DNA of 64,000 nt from Verrucomicrobiota bacterium (GTDB lineage Bacteria; Verrucomicrobiota; Verrucomicrobiia; Opitutales; Seribacteraceae). The translations under genes and the position numbers were made by a program. The stretch lies in the NCBI GenBank assembly GCA_027622665.1, contig JAQBYT010000002.1, forward strand, positions 96,001-160,000, written 5' to 3'. Under the pieces are notes generated by a model. The model had not been told where the DNA came from and searched no databases. It saw nothing but the letters and a program-made list of their open reading frames with translations. Below are positions 38,001 through 46,872 of this stretch, piece by piece (the first letter of the stretch is position 1; every line of letters starts with the position of its first letter).

Positions 38001-38253
38001 ATACGCGCCGTATCCACAGCCGGTCATTGGCCTGTTCAGCCGGGTGCAGCTTTTCAGCTTCCAACTTCCGGAGCACAAAGCGATCAACCGCATCCGCCGG
38101 CCAGACCGCGTCCTTTACCTGGGGCGGCTCAACCTGCCGGGGCGATTGCCAGATCCAGGGCAAGCGGTCGCGGAACTTTTCGAAGTCGAACTTTTGGCCT
38201 GCGTAGGTTGCACTTGCCGTGATGCAGCACGCGAGGAGAATTCGGTTCATCAT
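34999..38253 (-). CDS. DUF1549/DUF1553 (PSD1-type) protein with an inserted sugar-binding beta-sandwich
   Basis: YGERWARHWMDLVRYAES, CARCHDHKFD, PLTSRVMVNRIW, PSHPELLDYLA, RRLEAEAIRD; ATGA overlap with the DUF1501 gene. Confidence 0.92.
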   Translation of the reverse strand: MMNRILLACCITASATYAGQKFDFEKFRDRLPWIWQSPRQVEPPQVKDAVWPADAVDRFVLRKLEAEKLHPAEQANDRLWIRRVYFAITGLPPKPKDVQAFLNDTSKNRKRTLVRALLDSPHYGERWARHWMDLVRYAESRGHEADDILPNAYRYRDYLIRAFNSDLPYDALVIEHLAGDLLESPRLHPETGANESILATGWPFFGELNHAPVNLRKDECEQLENKIDVMSKTFLGLTVACARCHDHKFDAIRQRDYYAMAGFVLSSSYRQARFESMEQNKAVAKKLEGLRRDYLPKIAKAFAAAARPVVDALDYDVPVEPISTPLPRWTRLIMAVDPGSQGEAWAKLSFDHAKWKTMKLPGHFENAGLPGHDGVVWFRKTIELSAGQAKSKAVLNLGQIDDMDVTWVNGSRVGGYENPGHHYTVRKYPVPTGLLKAGKNTIAVRVMDHGSPGGIAGKPEQLVLQLGKETISLANAWHFFPGANLKTLNEQAALVRLELVTSPIYPVEGKHQMVADYIQRHTPWLVDGPTFGQSPALPGQLMLVTGDQPLALSRNGGAIRDAFWSRLKNIDSENDPGGLLNGLSRAGKTIRTPTVTLASGQVYYLIRGKAVVYAAVSQNLFAGPLHGTLAKTVEAKGDAPQWIGHNLKRYVGQRVHFEISPVGDAPFELLQVIDGGTPKQELGEKKAVSRKELHRALDDLNDGRLEARHVPHIAWLLKLGKVKLPDAVLMAWQSALEGLGKEARWDSRLAVSWWGGTGVDEHVLDRGSPQSPGERVGRNLPELLAMAPLQNRSPGRLELARQLTAKDHPLTSRVMVNRIWHQLFGRGIVPTPDNFGWLGQRPSHPELLDYLAVEFAETHAYSIKSLIERIVLTRTFGMSNTAADPVYADQDPDNRWLHRMPVRRLEAEAIRDSALAISGRLDRKVGGKSVLVHLTEFVVGRGSPTKSGPLDGAGRRSIYTALRRNFIPTLMLTFDFPAPFTTMGKRDITNVAGQSLALMNDRFFYGQSGVWASRIMKEQTSAPERIRRMYAEAFARPPSDGELAACLEALTAFTELYGEDPNDYEAWRDLCHSFYSMTDFIYLK

Positions 38254-38537
38254 TTCCTCAGCCCGGCGAGTTGAGGGAATCCCTCGAGGATGGATTTGGA
38301 CACGGTGTTGGGCCAGCCTTGATCGGGTTGGCGTAGGTCGTGGGTAGTGCGGGCTGCATGGATGGCTAATATGGGAAGTCCGTCGGCCGGTTTATTCACT
38401 TTTTCGGGCCATGGTCTCTTGCCAAAGCTTCCAGTGAAATCGCCGGGCAATTCAGTGATGGCATTTTTCTCACCGAATGAATCCGTATTCAGAATGGCAA
38501 CTGCCAGTACTGCTATTCCGAGCAAATTCGCTTTCAT
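38250..38537 (-). CDS. Small putative secreted protein or internally deleted gene (95 aa)
   Basis: Signal-peptide-like MKANLLGIAVLAVAIL; stop overlaps the start of the 38253 gene. Confidence 0.35.
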   Translation of the reverse strand: MKANLLGIAVLAVAILNTDSFGEKNAITELPGDFTGSFGKRPWPEKVNKPADGLPILAIHAARTTHDLRQPDQGWPNTVSKSILEGFPQLAGLRK

Positions 38538-38715
38538 GCCTGATGATGGTAAGTCGATCCAGTAATTGCAAGAAAGGTTGCATGCTAGGGAAAGGTTGGA
38601 TGTTTCGGGATTCGAGTACGGAGGCAAGCCCGATCATTTGGGCCTCGTTTGTAAATTCTTCATGCTCGGGCAATTCGGGTTTGAGCAGGAGCAGTAATAT
38701 GCTACCTTGATTTTA

Positions 38716-40026
38716 ATGAATCGTAGGGAATTTTTCAAGATGGGTGGACTTACCCTTGGAGCCATATCTCCCCTGGGACTTTCGTTACCTGAAGTCTTGG
38801 CTAGCGAAGCATCCGGTTCGGGCAAGCAAATCAACGTCATTTTCATGTTTCTGCAAGGTGGGGCCAGTCAGCTCGACATGTACGACCTGAAACCCGATTC
38901 CCCGATTGAAATTCGTGGCAAGTATCATCCGATTTCAACCAATGTTCCTGGTATGCAGTTGAGCGACCAGTTGCCCAAGCTCTCCAAATGCGCCGACAAG
39001 TTTTCACTTATCCGCTCGATGCATTCTTTTGCGAACGATCATGGTGCGGGCGACGTCGACATCATGTGTGGGAGTCCTCGAGACAAAAACATGCAAGCTC
39101 CGGGTATTGGCGCGGTACTTTCTCGGCAGAAGAAACAGTTGGCCCCCGTTCCTCCCTTCGTACACTTGGGCGACATGAAGCACCCGAGGCATAGCGCCCC
39201 AGGCTATGGTGGGTACCTTGGGCATGCCTATGATCCTTTTCTCATTACTCAGGATGCAAATTCACCTAGCTTTTCGGTTAATACTTTTGATACGCCGGAA
39301 AACGTCGACCTTGCTCGCTTAGGGGGTAGGAAAAGTTTGCTTCGCTCTTTGGACCTTTTTCAATCCGATCAAGAAAACAAGTTTGAGTTCGCTCGAACCC
39401 ACGACGTTTTTACCGAAAAGGCTCTTGGCCTAGCCACTTCGCCCAAGGCAAAGAATGCTTTCGACCTGTCGAAGGAACCGGCGAAGCTTCGCGATGGCTA
39501 TGGTCGCAACAAAGTGGGGCAGGGGATGCTCTTGGCCCGGCGACTTGTCGAGGCAGGCGTCCGTTTCGTAACGATTCAGGGTTACGTCGACACTGGAATC
39601 TATGCATGGGACCACCATTGGGGTATTTTCCCGCATCTGGAGAAGCAGCTGCCCATTTACGATGCCAGTTATTCCGCCCTCCTGAACGATCTCGACGATC
39701 GCGGTATGCTCGACACGACGTTGGTGATCACTGCCGGTGAATTCGGACGTACTCCCAAGCTCAATCAAGACAAGCGTGGTCCGGGTCGTGATCATTGGTC
39801 GAATTGCTTCAGCCTGACCATGGGTGGCGGCGGCGTTAAGACCGGGATGGTCATCGGGGCTAGCGACAAGTATGCTGCCACTCCCACGGAGCGACCCGTT
39901 TCGGTCGCTGACTTCGCTGCGACCGTATACCATGTCCTCGGGCTCGACCCCACGACTGAGGTGGTGGCCAAGGGCAGACGGATGAAGATGCTTCCCGAAG
40001 GTTCTCCGGTTAGAGAACTTCTTTAG
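38716..40026 (+). CDS. DUF1501 family protein (Tat-exported), no adjacent co-oriented DUF1553 partner
   Basis: MNRREFF, FLQGGASQLDMYDLKP, LARRLVEAGVRFV, WDHH, GEFGRTP, GRDHW. Confidence 0.92.
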   Translation: MNRREFFKMGGLTLGAISPLGLSLPEVLASEASGSGKQINVIFMFLQGGASQLDMYDLKPDSPIEIRGKYHPISTNVPGMQLSDQLPKLSKCADKFSLIRSMHSFANDHGAGDVDIMCGSPRDKNMQAPGIGAVLSRQKKQLAPVPPFVHLGDMKHPRHSAPGYGGYLGHAYDPFLITQDANSPSFSVNTFDTPENVDLARLGGRKSLLRSLDLFQSDQENKFEFARTHDVFTEKALGLATSPKAKNAFDLSKEPAKLRDGYGRNKVGQGMLLARRLVEAGVRFVTIQGYVDTGIYAWDHHWGIFPHLEKQLPIYDASYSALLNDLDDRGMLDTTLVITAGEFGRTPKLNQDKRGPGRDHWSNCFSLTMGGGGVKTGMVIGASDKYAATPTERPVSVADFAATVYHVLGLDPTTEVVAKGRRMKMLPEGSPVRELL

Positions 40027-40179
40027 TCTCTTGTTGCATTTGCTTGCCGGTTCTAATGGTGTTGTAAAAGAAATTCCATCTAGAACTCTCATTAACAATG
40101 AATCCCCTATTCATTATATCGGTTGCTTCTCGCACCTTCTTGTCATCTTGTAATCAATAATTAGTAGAAAGAAACCATC

Positions 40180-41511
40180 ATGAATGAACATCCAGTTCCC
40201 ACTTCTTCCTCTCGCCGCAATTTCATCAAGACTACTGCGGCGTCAACTGCGATCTTAGGCTTCCCGGCGATTACTCGTTCCAAATCACCAAACGGCAAGC
40301 TTGCCGTTGGCTTGATAGGCGTAGGTGGTCGTGGTCGTAGTCATGTCGCCGCTTGCCGAAACGAACAGGTCGTCGCTCTCTGCGACGTGAACAAGAAAAA
40401 CCTAGATGGGGCTGCACGCTTGCCTTGGTGCAAGGGAGCTCGTACCTACAAGGACTTTCGTGATTTCTACGAGAAAATCGACGACATCGACGCGGTGGTG
40501 GTCTCCACCACGGAACATACCCATGCCTTCGCAACCCTGCCTGCGCTTCAGGCCAAGAAGCATGTCTACTGTGAAAAGCCGCTTACGCGTGACGTTCACG
40601 AGTGCCGTATTATTACCGAGGCGGCCGCCAAGGCCGGGGTGCAGACCCAGATGGGTACTCAGATACATTCCGGTGGAAACTACCGACGTGTGGTGGAACT
40701 CATTCAGTCGGGTGCTATCGGCGAAGTCCGCGAAGCCCATACCTGGGTGAGTCGCGCTTGGGGTTGGAAAAGTCCCGCTGACGATACACCTAAGGAATCT
40801 CAACCTGTGCCGCCCGAACTCGATTGGGACCTGTGGATTGGCCCCGCGCCATTTAGGCCCTTTCATTCGGTTTATTTTCCGGGTCCGAAATGGTACCGCT
40901 GGTGGGACTTTGGAAACGGCACGATGTCGGATCTCGGTAGCCATCGTAACGATCTCCCCTGGTGGGCCTTGAAGCTGGATGCTCCCCTTACCATCGAGCC
41001 ATTGACTGGTCCCAAACCGCACCACGACATCGCACCCGCTTCCATGAGCGTGAAATACACGTTTGCTGCTCGGGGAGACGGTTATCCCGCTGTCGAGCAC
41101 ACTTGGTACCAAGGCACCGAGAAACCTAAGATTTGGCACGATAAAAAGATACCGCAATGGGGTGACGGTACGCTTTTCATCGGTGACAAGGGGATGGTGC
41201 TTTCCGAGTACAGCAAGCATGTCCTTTTGCCCGAAGATAAATTTAAGAACTTTGAGCGTCCCAAGCAATGGATCGAACCTTCTCCCGGTCAGCAGGCTGA
41301 GTGGATTCGTGCCTGTAAAGGCGAGGGTCCCGAGGCTCTTTGCCATTTCGCTTACGCCGGTCCCCTGACCGAGGCCAACCACTTGGGCAACGTGGCCTAC
41401 AGGGCAGGTAAGAAGCTGGAATGGGATGCGAAGAATATGAAGTTCCCCAACGCTCCGGAAGCTGAGAAATATTTGGGACGAACCTACCGCAAGGGTTGGA
41501 GCTTGAGCTAG
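40180..41511 (+). CDS. Gfo/Idh/MocA family oxidoreductase (Tat-exported)
   Basis: [46 protein letters not shown]. Confidence 0.92.
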   Translation: MNEHPVPTSSSRRNFIKTTAASTAILGFPAITRSKSPNGKLAVGLIGVGGRGRSHVAACRNEQVVALCDVNKKNLDGAARLPWCKGARTYKDFRDFYEKIDDIDAVVVSTTEHTHAFATLPALQAKKHVYCEKPLTRDVHECRIITEAAAKAGVQTQMGTQIHSGGNYRRVVELIQSGAIGEVREAHTWVSRAWGWKSPADDTPKESQPVPPELDWDLWIGPAPFRPFHSVYFPGPKWYRWWDFGNGTMSDLGSHRNDLPWWALKLDAPLTIEPLTGPKPHHDIAPASMSVKYTFAARGDGYPAVEHTWYQGTEKPKIWHDKKIPQWGDGTLFIGDKGMVLSEYSKHVLLPEDKFKNFERPKQWIEPSPGQQAEWIRACKGEGPEALCHFAYAGPLTEANHLGNVAYRAGKKLEWDAKNMKFPNAPEAEKYLGRTYRKGWSLS

Positions 41512-41564
41512 CCCGAGCCTAATCCTGTCAATCTAGCATCAGCGTCCCCACGCTGTCTTTCCCC

Positions 41565-43442
41565 ATGAAGAACCTTTTTGGAGTTTTTGTTGTTGGGCTT
41601 CTTCTCACCTTCTCGTTGGAAGCGCGCCCAAACGTCATACTGGTCTTTATCGACGACATGGGGTGGGGGGATTTCTCCTGCTTCGGCAACAAAGCGGCCC
41701 AGACTCCGAATGTTGACCGGATGGCCAGAGAAGGTGTGCGTTTCGAGCAGTTTTACGTCAACTCACCAATCTGCTCGTCATCACGCACGGCCATTTCTAC
41801 GGGTCAGTATCCCCAGCGCTGGCGCATAACCTCTTACCTCAGCAACCGTAACCATAATGAGCAACGCGGCATGGCCCAATGGCTTGATCCAAAGGCTCCC
41901 ATGCTTGCTCGCTCCCTTAAGGAGGCTGGTTACGCTACGGGGCATTTCGGCAAATGGCACATGGGCGGGCAGCGCAACGTGGTCGACGCCCCACCCATCA
42001 CTGCCTACGGGTTCGACGCTTCCCTGACCAATTTCGAGGGCATGGGCCCCAAGCTCTTGCCACTCACTCTCAAGCCCGGGCAGGACCCCGAGAAACCGGG
42101 CCGTATATGGGGTGATGCCGAGCGTTTGGGCAAGGGTGTTCGCTGGATGCAGCGGTCAAAGATCACCGAAGGGTTCGTTGACGAAGCCATTCCCTTCATG
42201 AGGAAAGCGGCCAAGGCCAAGAAACCGTTTTACGTCAACCTTTGGCCGGATGACGTCCACAGCCCGTTTTGGCCCCCTGTTGACAAGTGGGGCAACGGAA
42301 AGCGCGAACTGTTTCTCTCGGTGCTTCGGGAAATGGATCGCCAGTTCGGGAAGCTTTTTGATTTCATTCGAGATGATGAGGCCTTGCGGAAAAATACCTT
42401 GGTTCTCATTTGTTCCGATAACGGTCCCGAGCAGGGAGCTGGAGTCGCGGGTCCCTTCCGGGGTTACAAGACGCATCTCTATGAAGGCGGAGTTCGTTCC
42501 TCGCTCATAGCCTGGGGCCCGGGTTTGGTCGCAAGGAAGAATTACATAAACCGCACCTCGGTATTTTCAGCCATCGACCTGGTGCCAACCCTTTTGGACA
42601 TTACTGGTTCACCGCATCCTGTTGGCGCCAAATATGATGGGGAATCATTGGCCCCCATACTTCTTGGTCAATCGGCTGCTTCGCGCCAGGCACCGATATA
42701 TTTCCGCCGCCCGCCTGATCGAGATGCCTTCTATGGCGACAACGACCTTCCGGATTTGGCGATCCGGGATGGGAAATGGAAATTTCTCTGTGAGTATGAT
42801 GGCAGTGAGCCTGAACTCTTCGATATGGAAAAAGATCGGGGAGAGACGAACAACCTAGCCGAACCCAAGCCCGAGTTGGTCAAGGCGATGACCGCGAAAC
42901 TGCTCGAATGGAATAAGGGTATGCCTGCGGACAAGGGTCTGGAATTAGGGAGGGACGCGCCGAAGAGGGGCAGGACTAAACCGATGCAGAAGAAGGTCTA
43001 CGATTTGAAGCAGGGTGACAATCTCTCGGACGGCAATGCCCCGGTTTGCGCGGGTCGCAAAGTGACCATAGACGCCACCATTGAGAGCAGCGGTAAAGAC
43101 GGAGTGATCCTTGCGCAGGGCGGGGACAAGGCGGGTTATGCACTCTATATACGGGATGGGAAACTTGTCCTTGGCGTACGCCGCGACTGGAAGCTGACGG
43201 AAGCGGTCACGTCCGCGCTCCCCTCAGGGAGCAGTATCGTGGTCGCGGCGACGATCGGACAGACGGGGAAGATGACGATATCATTGGCCGGCAAGCAAGT
43301 GGCCACGGCGGACGCCAAGGGCACGCTCACACAGCCGGGAGATGGTCTCCAGGTTGGCGACGACCTGATCAAGCCCGTCGGCAAGTACACCGCCACCAAG
43401 TTTCCCGGAAAGATCACCAAACTCAACCTGCAGTTTGATTAG
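41565..43442 (+). CDS. S1 sulfatase with C-terminal LamG-like domain
   Basis: PNVILVFIDDMG, CSSSRTAISTG, GKWHMG, SDNG, YEGGVR; C-terminal GVILAQGG...GYALY...LQVG. Confidence 0.9.
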   Translation: MKNLFGVFVVGLLLTFSLEARPNVILVFIDDMGWGDFSCFGNKAAQTPNVDRMAREGVRFEQFYVNSPICSSSRTAISTGQYPQRWRITSYLSNRNHNEQRGMAQWLDPKAPMLARSLKEAGYATGHFGKWHMGGQRNVVDAPPITAYGFDASLTNFEGMGPKLLPLTLKPGQDPEKPGRIWGDAERLGKGVRWMQRSKITEGFVDEAIPFMRKAAKAKKPFYVNLWPDDVHSPFWPPVDKWGNGKRELFLSVLREMDRQFGKLFDFIRDDEALRKNTLVLICSDNGPEQGAGVAGPFRGYKTHLYEGGVRSSLIAWGPGLVARKNYINRTSVFSAIDLVPTLLDITGSPHPVGAKYDGESLAPILLGQSAASRQAPIYFRRPPDRDAFYGDNDLPDLAIRDGKWKFLCEYDGSEPELFDMEKDRGETNNLAEPKPELVKAMTAKLLEWNKGMPADKGLELGRDAPKRGRTKPMQKKVYDLKQGDNLSDGNAPVCAGRKVTIDATIESSGKDGVILAQGGDKAGYALYIRDGKLVLGVRRDWKLTEAVTSALPSGSSIVVAATIGQTGKMTISLAGKQVATADAKGTLTQPGDGLQVGDDLIKPVGKYTATKFPGKITKLNLQFD

Positions 43443-43510
43443 GCTCAATTTGCCGCTTTTACATTCCACTTACCTTGATGAATAGACAAATGTGTTTGCC
43501 CGGAAGGATC

Positions 43511-44398
43511 ATGTTCCAGCCCACGTACCTTATACTGTCGCTTATTATTCTGCTGACTGCTGGGCTGAACGCCCAAGCCGGCGATCCGATTCGCGTCTGG
43601 CCGGGGGAAGCTCCCGACGAACCCGCGGGGATCGAGGCAAAAAAAGCCAAGGCCGTTACGGGTTCCGATGGGGTAATCAGGATTCCTTACGTAGATACTC
43701 CGGAACTCTTTCATTTTCCGGCACAGCCCGACAAGGCGACAGGCACTTGCATCATCGTTTGCCCTGGTGGTGGATACGGCAAACTGGCATGGAACAAGGA
43801 GGGCACAGAGGTCGCCGCCTGGTTGAACACCTTGGGTGTGGAGGTCGTCGTGCTCAAGTACCGGGTGCCGCGCCGCGATCGTGAAAAACCGCATTCTTGG
43901 CCCCTGCAGGATCTCCAGCGATCCATCCGCATCGTTCGCTCCAAAGCGTCTCAATGGAAGATCGACGTCGACCGCGTGGGCGTCATGGGCTTCAGCGCCG
44001 GTGGACACCTCTGTGCCATGGCCTCCTCCTATTATGGTGAACAATCTTATAAGCCGGTCGATGTAATCGACAAACTGGACGCCCGGCCCAGTTTCGTGAG
44101 TTTGGTCTATCCAGCATACCTAGGCAATGTCCGTCAGGATTCCTCCAAGCTTGACTCGTTGGTCAAGATTGACGCGAAGACTCCCCCGACTTTTATCGCC
44201 ATCACCCATGACGATGGCGACCGAGGAATCTTCGCCGCTCTCTATTACGCTGAGCTCAAGCGTCATGGCGTGCCGGCAGAACTTCATATCTACAGCAAAG
44301 GTGGACATGGCTACGGCCTCCGCCCCAGTCCCCACCCGGTTTCCACTTGGCCGGCCCGCATGGAAGACTGGTTACGGGTTTGTGGTTGGTTGAAATGA
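43511..44398 (+). CDS. Secreted alpha/beta hydrolase (xylan esterase/BD-FAE-like)
   Basis: CPGGGY, GFSAGGHL, PPTFI, GGHGYG; RBS-like GGAAGGA before ATG 43511. Confidence 0.85.
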   Translation: MFQPTYLILSLIILLTAGLNAQAGDPIRVWPGEAPDEPAGIEAKKAKAVTGSDGVIRIPYVDTPELFHFPAQPDKATGTCIIVCPGGGYGKLAWNKEGTEVAAWLNTLGVEVVVLKYRVPRRDREKPHSWPLQDLQRSIRIVRSKASQWKIDVDRVGVMGFSAGGHLCAMASSYYGEQSYKPVDVIDKLDARPSFVSLVYPAYLGNVRQDSSKLDSLVKIDAKTPPTFIAITHDDGDRGIFAALYYAELKRHGVPAELHIYSKGGHGYGLRPSPHPVSTWPARMEDWLRVCGWLK

Positions 44399-44402
44399 TA
44401 AG

Positions 44403-44837
44403 GTGAAACTGACTCCATTCCATTTGGCCGTACAAGTACGCGACGTCGATGAGGCGCGTGATTTTTATGGTCGTAAGATGGGTTTCCCCGAGGGCAGGAG
44501 CACCGATGCATGGATTGATTTCGACATGTTCGGTCACCAGTTCGTCACCCACCTGAATCCGCAAATCGGGAAGGATGGACAGGTGGTCTCAATCGCCAAT
44601 CCGGTCGATGGGCATGCCGTCCCCGTACCTCATTTCGGAGTAGTCCTAACCTTCGAGGATTGGGAGCAGTTGGCGGAAAGAGTGAAGGAGTTTATTCCGG
44701 AGTTCATCATCGATCCCTACATTCGTTTCCAAGGGCAAGCGGGAGAGCAAGGCACCATGTTTTTTTGCGACCCCTCGGGCAATGCCCTTGAATTCAAGGG
44801 GTTTCACGATATCGAGTCGGAATTGTTTGCCAAATAA
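44403..44837 (+). CDS. VOC family (glyoxalase/extradiol dioxygenase-like) protein
   Basis: PFHLA, WIDFDMFGHQ, VPVPHFG, DPSGNALEFK. Confidence 0.9.
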   Translation: MKLTPFHLAVQVRDVDEARDFYGRKMGFPEGRSTDAWIDFDMFGHQFVTHLNPQIGKDGQVVSIANPVDGHAVPVPHFGVVLTFEDWEQLAERVKEFIPEFIIDPYIRFQGQAGEQGTMFFCDPSGNALEFKGFHDIESELFAK

Positions 44838-44887
44838 TCCTCAGTCCGCATCAACTCGAAAGAGAAATCCACCCTTCACGCTCCTTC

Positions 44888-45157
44888 GTGACCTCGATTA
44901 TTTCCCAGTCCCCTAACTTGATCTGCGAGCAGACCTGCAAGTTCGCTCTCGATGGATACGATCTCGTGGTCACGGCCGAAGCGTTGCCGAGTGAACGCGA
45001 TCAAAATTTCCGATTTCAGGCCGAGGATGGAAGCGTCTTTGTCCTGAAGATTGCCAATGGCGAAGAAGACCGCTCTTTTCTGGAAGCTCAAAATCAGGTG
45101 ATGTTCAGGCTCCGGGAACGGAACATAGCCTATTGTCCGCACCTAGGCTATCCATGA
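44888..45157 (+). pseudogene. N-terminal fragment of an APH-like phosphotransferase (hydroxylysine kinase type)
   Basis: LPSERDQNFR...FVLKIAN...LEAQN; ends after about 89 aa with no HxD catalytic loop. Confidence 0.65.
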
Positions 45158-45289
45158 ACTTTCCCGCGATTCAATCGATCGACGATTGCCACGAGGCATA
45201 ATCAACTCAAAGTTTTGCCAACCTTTCCGTCCTGCCGCCGGAAGCCTTGTTCTCATAACCCTTTAAGATTCTTGCCCTCAAATCCCAAC

Positions 45290-46702
45290 ATGAAAATGAA
45301 ACGACTCCTCCTTGTTGCCCTTGCCTTCTCTTTTGCGGCAATGTCCTTTGTCTCCGCTCAAGCCGCCACCACGCCTAACGTCATCATCATCATGGCGGAC
45401 GACCAGGGTTACGAGGACCTCGGTTGCTTCGGGTCGCCCAAGATCAAGACGCCCCATATCGACCGTATGGCCAAGGAAGGCATGCGTTTCACTGATTTTT
45501 ACTCGGGAGCTTCGGTCTGCACACCTTCGCGGGCGGCTCTTCTTACTGGTTGCTACGCCAGTCGGGTGGGCAACCTGGGCGTTCTCTTTCCGCGCGACAA
45601 GCGGGGTCTCAATCCGGACGAAATCACCATCGCGGACTTACTGAAGACCAAGGGTTACGCCACCGCATGCATCGGGAAGTGGCACCTCGGTCACCTCAAG
45701 GAGTTCCTGCCCACCAGCCAAGGTTTCGACACTTACTTCGGCGTTCCCTACAGCAACGACATGACCCTCGATCCAACCCAACCCCTGGCCAACGACGTCG
45801 TTTTACGGGAAGGGGTCACCCTGGAAAATATCAAAAACCGGGTGAAGAAAAACCTCGTTCCGCTCATGCGCGATACCAAGATCATCGAATACCCCGCCGA
45901 CCAGAATACCCTGACCAAGCGTTACACCGAGGAAGCCATTTCCTTTATCAAGAAGAACAAGGAGAAGCCCTTCTTCATCTACCTGCCCCACACCATGCCG
46001 CACATCCCCCTCTATGCCACTCCGCCCTTCGAAGGCAAAAGCGAGATCGGACTCTACGGTGACACCATCGAGGAACTCGATTGGTCGACCGGGCAAATTC
46101 TCGAGACCCTCCGCAATCTGAAGCTCGCCGAGAACACTCTGGTGGTCTACACCTCCGATAACGGTCCCTGGAAGCTGGCCACCAGCTCGTGGGTCAAGGG
46201 CAACGTGAACCGTCGGGTCGGGGGCTTTGCTCATCCTTTGCGGGGCTACAAATTTTCCCGATTCGAGGGCGGTATGCGCGTGCCCACCGTGATGTGGTGG
46301 CCGGGTCGAATCCCCGCTGGCAAGGAATGTGGCGAAGTGGCCGCCAGCATGGACTTTCTACCGACCTGCGCGGCGATCGCCGGGGCGAAGCTGCCTGATG
46401 ATCGTGTGATCGACGGCAAGAGCCTGCTCCCTTTGTTGGAAGCCCGCAAAGGAGCCAAAAGCCCGCACGAGGCATTCTTCTACCGTACCGAGGCAGTGCG
46501 AAGCGGAAAATGGAAACTGAAGAGGAACGAACTCTACAACTTGGAGGAGGACATTGGGGAAACCAAGAACCTCGCCGGAGGCAACCCCGAGGTCGTCAAG
46601 CGCCTCGGGGGTTATTTGTCCGCCCACAAGGAGGACTTGGCCAAGAACACACGGCCCGCGGGTGGCCCGCCCAAACAGCCCCGCAAGAAAAAGAAAAAGT
46701 AA
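45290..46702 (+). CDS. S1 arylsulfatase-like sulfatase
   Basis: ADDQG, CTPSRAALLTG, GKWHLG, SDNGP, FEGGMRVP; signal peptide from M at 45290. Confidence 0.92.
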   Translation: MKMKRLLLVALAFSFAAMSFVSAQAATTPNVIIIMADDQGYEDLGCFGSPKIKTPHIDRMAKEGMRFTDFYSGASVCTPSRAALLTGCYASRVGNLGVLFPRDKRGLNPDEITIADLLKTKGYATACIGKWHLGHLKEFLPTSQGFDTYFGVPYSNDMTLDPTQPLANDVVLREGVTLENIKNRVKKNLVPLMRDTKIIEYPADQNTLTKRYTEEAISFIKKNKEKPFFIYLPHTMPHIPLYATPPFEGKSEIGLYGDTIEELDWSTGQILETLRNLKLAENTLVVYTSDNGPWKLATSSWVKGNVNRRVGGFAHPLRGYKFSRFEGGMRVPTVMWWPGRIPAGKECGEVAASMDFLPTCAAIAGAKLPDDRVIDGKSLLPLLEARKGAKSPHEAFFYRTEAVRSGKWKLKRNELYNLEEDIGETKNLAGGNPEVVKRLGGYLSAHKEDLAKNTRPAGGPPKQPRKKKKK

Positions 46703-46872
46703 GGGCTCGGCGATAGACAGAGACATTTGGTTTTCGGCAGGCTGTTTGCCAAGGAGATCGTTGTGTTGCATCCAACGGCAATCGGTTTCCATTTATAATC
46801 GTCTTAAATATGGTTTTCTCGTCTATTTATCTTAGTGCTTTCCTATAATCGTATCTGGACTGGAGCAGGATT

